Shown: positions 60,756 through 64,000 of the stretch, one piece after another
Position numbering within the stretch: position 1 is the first letter of the stretch
Layout of the letters: every line of letters starts with the position of its first letter
Origin: an uncultured Christensenella sp.
Lineage (GTDB): Bacteria; Bacillota; Clostridia; Christensenellales; UBA1750
Assembly: GCA_948468595.1 (NCBI GenBank)
Contig: CAOKIU010000004.1
Coordinates: 1,988-65,987 of the forward strand
Direction: 5' to 3'
DNA length: 64,000 nt
Made by a program: the position numbers and the translations under genes
Notes under the pieces: generated by a model
Database searches by the model: none
The model's input: the letters and a program-made list of their open reading frames with translations, nothing else
What the model was told of the DNA's origin: nothing

Positions 60756-62741
60756 ATGCCGGATCAGTTTTTGCCTGTAACGCGCGAGGAGATGCTCGCG
60801 CGCGGTTGGGATCAGCCGGATTTTATTGTGGTATCCGGGGATGCGTACGTCGACCATCCCTCCTTTGGCCATGCCATCATCTCCAGGGTGCTGGAAGACG
60901 CGGGCTATCGCGTGTGCATGCTCAACCAGCCCGACTTTCACAACGCCTTGGATTTCAAGCGGTTTGGCCGGCCGAAATATGGGTTCATGGTGGCGGCGGG
61001 GAATATCGATTCCATGGTCAATCACTATACCGCGGCCAAGCGGCCGCGGTCGGAGGACCTCTATTCGCCGGGAGGCAGGCCGGGATTGCGCCCTGACCGC
61101 GCCACCATCGTCTACTGCAACCGCATCCACGAGGCGTTTGGCAAGATCCCCATCATCATCGGGGGCGTGGAGGCCTCGCTGCGCCGCTTTGCGCACTACG
61201 ATTACTGGGATAACGCCGTGCGCCATTCCATCCTGGCGGACTGCGGGGCGGACCTGCTCTCCTACGGCATGGCGGAAAAGCAAACCGTGGAGATCGCGCG
61301 CCGCCTGCGCGACGGGCTGCCGCTCCAAGGCATCCCCGGCACCTGCACCATGGCGGACGACGTTCCGGAGGACGCCGTGGAGATTCCCTCCTTTATGGAG
61401 TGCAAGGCCGATAAGATCGCCTATTGCAAGGCGTTTAAAATGCAATACGAGGAGCAGGACCCCATCCGCGGCCGCAAGCTGGCCCAGCGGCATGAAAAAA
61501 AGGTGCTCGTGGCGGAAAAGCCCATGATGCCGCTGACCCGCAGCGAGCTGGACCGCGTCTATAACCTGCCCTATCAGCGAAAGTGGCACCCATCCTACGA
61601 CAAAGAGGGCGGCGTGCCGGCATTGCAGGAGGTGGAGTTTTCCATTACCAGCACGCGGGGATGCTTCGGCGCCTGCGCGTTTTGCGCGCTCACCTTCCAT
61701 CAAGGGCGCATCGTGCAGTCGCGCAGTCCGCAGTCCATCTTGCAGGAGGCCCGCAAGCTCACCCAGCTCGAGGGCTTTAAGGGCTACATCCACGATGTGG
61801 GCGGGCCCACCGCGAACTTCCGTTTTCCGGCCTGCAAAAACCAGCTCAAGGTTGGCGCCTGCAAGTCCCGCCAGTGCCTGGCGCCCGAGCCCTGTCCCCA
61901 GCTGGAGGTGGATCACAAGGAACTGACCAGGCTGCTCAAGGACCTAAGGCAGATCGAGGGCGTCAAAAAGGTGTTCATCCGCTCCGGCCTGCGCTTTGAC
62001 TACATGATGCTGGACAAGGACGACGCCTTCTTCCGCGAGCTGTGCGCCCATCACGTCAGCGGCCAGCTCAAGGTCGCCCCTGAGCACGTCGCGCCCAAGG
62101 TGCTCACCCTCATGGGCAAGCCGGGCTGCCATGTCTTTCAGGCCTTCCGGGAGAAGTATAAGCGCGTCAACCAGCAGTTGGGCAAGGACCAGTACCTCGT
62201 GCCCTACTTCATCTCCAGCCATCCGGGCGCGGACCTTGCCGCGGCCATTGAGCTGGCGGAGTACCTGCGCGACATCGGTCATCAGCCCGAGCAGGTGCAG
62301 GATTTCATTCCCACGCCGGGCACGCTGGCCACGACCATGTTTTACACCGGCTTAAACCCCCTGACCTTTGAGCGCGTCTACGTGCCGCGCAGCCCGCAGG
62401 AAAAGGCCATGCAGCGCGCGCTGCTGCAATACAAGCGGCCGCAGAATCACGCACTGGTGCGCAAGGCGCTGCACCTGGCCGGGCGCGAGGACTTGATTGG
62501 CTTTGGTCCCAAGTGCCTCGTGCCGCCCGCCGGCGCCGCGCGCGGGAAGACGGAGCGCGCCGGGGCGCATGGCGTCAATCGCACAGCCCGCGCCGGCGCC
62601 AATTCGAAGCGTCAACCCAAAAGGGACGGCGCCAAGCCGCAGAACGCCGCCAAGGCGCGGCCCGGCACAAAGCCGAAGAGCGGGAGCAAGGCGCCTAGCG
62701 GAGCGCGCAAGCCGAAGGAAAGGGGCGGCAGGCGGCCCTGA
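60756..62741 (+). CDS. ygiQ: YgiQ-family (UPF0313) radical SAM protein with basic low-complexity tail
   Basis: [34 protein letters not shown], radical-SAM cluster [15 protein letters not shown] (CxxxCxxC), C-terminal Lys/Arg/Pro/Gly-rich tail. Confidence 0.9.
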   Translation: MPDQFLPVTREEMLARGWDQPDFIVVSGDAYVDHPSFGHAIISRVLEDAGYRVCMLNQPDFHNALDFKRFGRPKYGFMVAAGNIDSMVNHYTAAKRPRSEDLYSPGGRPGLRPDRATIVYCNRIHEAFGKIPIIIGGVEASLRRFAHYDYWDNAVRHSILADCGADLLSYGMAEKQTVEIARRLRDGLPLQGIPGTCTMADDVPEDAVEIPSFMECKADKIAYCKAFKMQYEEQDPIRGRKLAQRHEKKVLVAEKPMMPLTRSELDRVYNLPYQRKWHPSYDKEGGVPALQEVEFSITSTRGCFGACAFCALTFHQGRIVQSRSPQSILQEARKLTQLEGFKGYIHDVGGPTANFRFPACKNQLKVGACKSRQCLAPEPCPQLEVDHKELTRLLKDLRQIEGVKKVFIRSGLRFDYMMLDKDDAFFRELCAHHVSGQLKVAPEHVAPKVLTLMGKPGCHVFQAFREKYKRVNQQLGKDQYLVPYFISSHPGADLAAAIELAEYLRDIGHQPEQVQDFIPTPGTLATTMFYTGLNPLTFERVYVPRSPQEKAMQRALLQYKRPQNHALVRKALHLAGREDLIGFGPKCLVPPAGAARGKTERAGAHGVNRTARAGANSKRQPKRDGAKPQNAAKARPGTKPKSGSKAPSGARKPKERGGRRP

Positions 62742-62948
62742 CCCGCAAGCGGGCAGCGCAAAGATTGATGGGGCCACAGCCCAAATGTCTATGCGCGTGG
62801 AGCCAAATTCAAAGCCGTAAACCGTCGCAAAAGCGCGCGCATGCTGTAGGTAAAGAAGGGCGGGCTTGCCCCTAACCCGCAAAGAGGCGGGCGATCCTAA
62901 CCCATGAACGGACAGTCGATACGCGAAGACTCAAGGAGGAAGCGATCC

Positions 62949-64000
62949 ATGCGTTATGAGGAGTATCTCAACCGGGTGCGCGGATGCGTGCTGGGCCTGG
63001 GCCGGGCGCCCTTTCTCGCGCCCGCATTGGGCGCGGCGGCGCGCTTTGGGCCGGACTTAACGGCGCTGGACCTGGCGCGGGCCTATGCGCAGGAGGGCGT
63101 GCTGTCCCCGCATTTCCAACGCAACATGGAAAGAGGCGTGCTCCCGCCGTTGGCTGCGTTTGACGATCCGGAGCGCGACGGGGCGGGCGGCATGGACCGC
63201 GCGCCGCTCTGGGCCTGTCTATGCCCCGGAGACCCCGCGCGCGCCGTGCGCCTTGCGCGCGTGGACGCCTCGACGGACCATGGCGGCGAGGCTGTGGAGG
63301 CCGCCGGGTTTGTGGCCGCGGCCATGGCGCTCGCCTTTCAGGAAACGGATGCCGCCGCCTGCCTGTTGGCTGCGTCGGAATTCATGCGGGAGGATGGCCG
63401 CATCGCCAAGGCGGTCCATGACGCCTGCGCCCTGCGCGCGCAGCCCCGCGACCTGGCGCGCGCCCGCCTGGTCTGGCGTCACGGCGGCGCGGAGGGATCG
63501 CCGCTCACGCGCCTGACCGACCTGCTCGCCGCCCTGCTGCTGGATGGCAGCCCGACGGCTCTTTCGGCCGCATTTGCCGGGGTGCTGAACGGGGCGCCGA
63601 ACGCCGGGGAGGCGGATGCGTTGGCAGCGCAGATCGCCCAAACGGGGCTGCGCTTCCAAATGGAGGCGGCCCATCGCGGCCAGGCCCTGCCCCTCATCCT
63701 TACGGAAATCCCCGCTGTGAATCGGGGAAGCTACGCAAGGGAGCCGGTGCGGCTGTCCGTCTCCTTCATGGGCAAGCCTTGCCTGCGCCCCGGCTTGGCG
63801 CGTCAATGCGTGCTGAGCATCGAAAATGACGGGGCGGAAACGCTGGAGGGACCCCTGAGCTGCGTGGCGGAGGGCTGCATTCAGGCCATGACCGCCGGTC
63901 GCGCCAGGGTTGCGCCGTGCCAAACCGCGCGCGTGCCCCTGACCTTATGGATGCCCGAAGCGGTGCCCATCGTGACGGAGCGCAACCGCGTCACCGTGCG
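62949..64000 (+). CDS. Degenerate ADP-ribosylglycohydrolase-fold paralogue, N-terminal 350 codons; continues past the right edge
   Basis: Missing from the ORF track (no stop in-window). Own translation from ATG 62949 (AAGGAGGAAG upstream) is open to base 64000: MRYEEYLNRVRGCVLGLGRAPFLAP...LWACLCPGDPARAVRLARVDASTDHGGEAVEAAGFVAAAMALAFQE... This aligns by eye with the 5086-6651 product. Confidence 0.7.
   Translation, partial: MRYEEYLNRVRGCVLGLGRAPFLAPALGAAARFGPDLTALDLARAYAQEGVLSPHFQRNMERGVLPPLAAFDDPERDGAGGMDRAPLWACLCPGDPARAVRLARVDASTDHGGEAVEAAGFVAAAMALAFQETDAAACLLAASEFMREDGRIAKAVHDACALRAQPRDLARARLVWRHGGAEGSPLTRLTDLLAALLLDGSPTALSAAFAGVLNGAPNAGEADALAAQIAQTGLRFQMEAAHRGQALPLILTEIPAVNRGSYAREPVRLSVSFMGKPCLRPGLARQCVLSIENDGAETLEGPLSCVAEGCIQAMTAGRARVAPCQTARVPLTLWMPEAVPIVTERNRVTV

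Noticed and set aside
60735-61916. 393-aa minus-strand ORF
   Set aside because: Antisense to ygiQ (the radical-SAM CxxxCxxC motif is in the plus frame).

Overview
GC-rich chromosomal segment with Gram-positive (Bacillota, Clostridia-like) hallmarks: AGGAGG-type RBSs, sigma-A TTGACA/TAnAAT promoters, lipoprotein lipoboxes, a T-box leader and the ecfA1-ecfA2-ecfT-truA-rplM-rpsI block. I call 55 protein genes. Two are cut by the window edges and are missing from the ORF track. By eye I found no rRNA, tRNA, CRISPR array, transposase or integrase. Because of the GC content, many long ORFs in the track are antisense or off-frame artefacts, and about 20 real genes start well inside the listed ORF. 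I re-derived those starts from RBS position and checked the frame against the track. Content, left to right: (1) a GH31 / LplABC-type sugar ABC / ADP-ribosylglycohydrolase-fold / AraC locus; (2) T-box-controlled metNIQ plus an unknown lipoprotein; (3) GH2, sbcDC, GH36, Sir2 deacylase, MazG-like and a B12-domain-less MetH-like protein; (4) a GNAT, tautomerase, manA and amidohydrolase cluster; (5) a seven-gene translationally coupled envelope operon (26.9-35.7 kb); (6) UvrD-like helicase, PatB/MalY-like lyase and deoD-cdd-unknown; (7) a small membrane protein and VOC; (8) PanT-like S-component, coaX, cupin, hydrolase, the ECF module, truA, rplM and rpsI; (9) a second sugar locus with Zn-ADH, LplABC-type ABC, Gfo/Idh/MocA, AGE-fold enzyme and a YesM/YesN-type two-component system; (10) ygiQ and a degenerate ARH-fold paralogue. 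The best candidate for an undescribed system is the 26.9-35.7 kb operon. It joins a processive QxxRW GT2 synthase, a HEAT-repeat membrane protein and two membrane-anchored glycosidase-like proteins to a VTC (polyphosphate-polymerase-like tunnel) protein, a DUF4956-like membrane protein and an outward-facing CotH-family kinase. All family calls come from motif recognition and by-eye alignment. No database search or computation was run.
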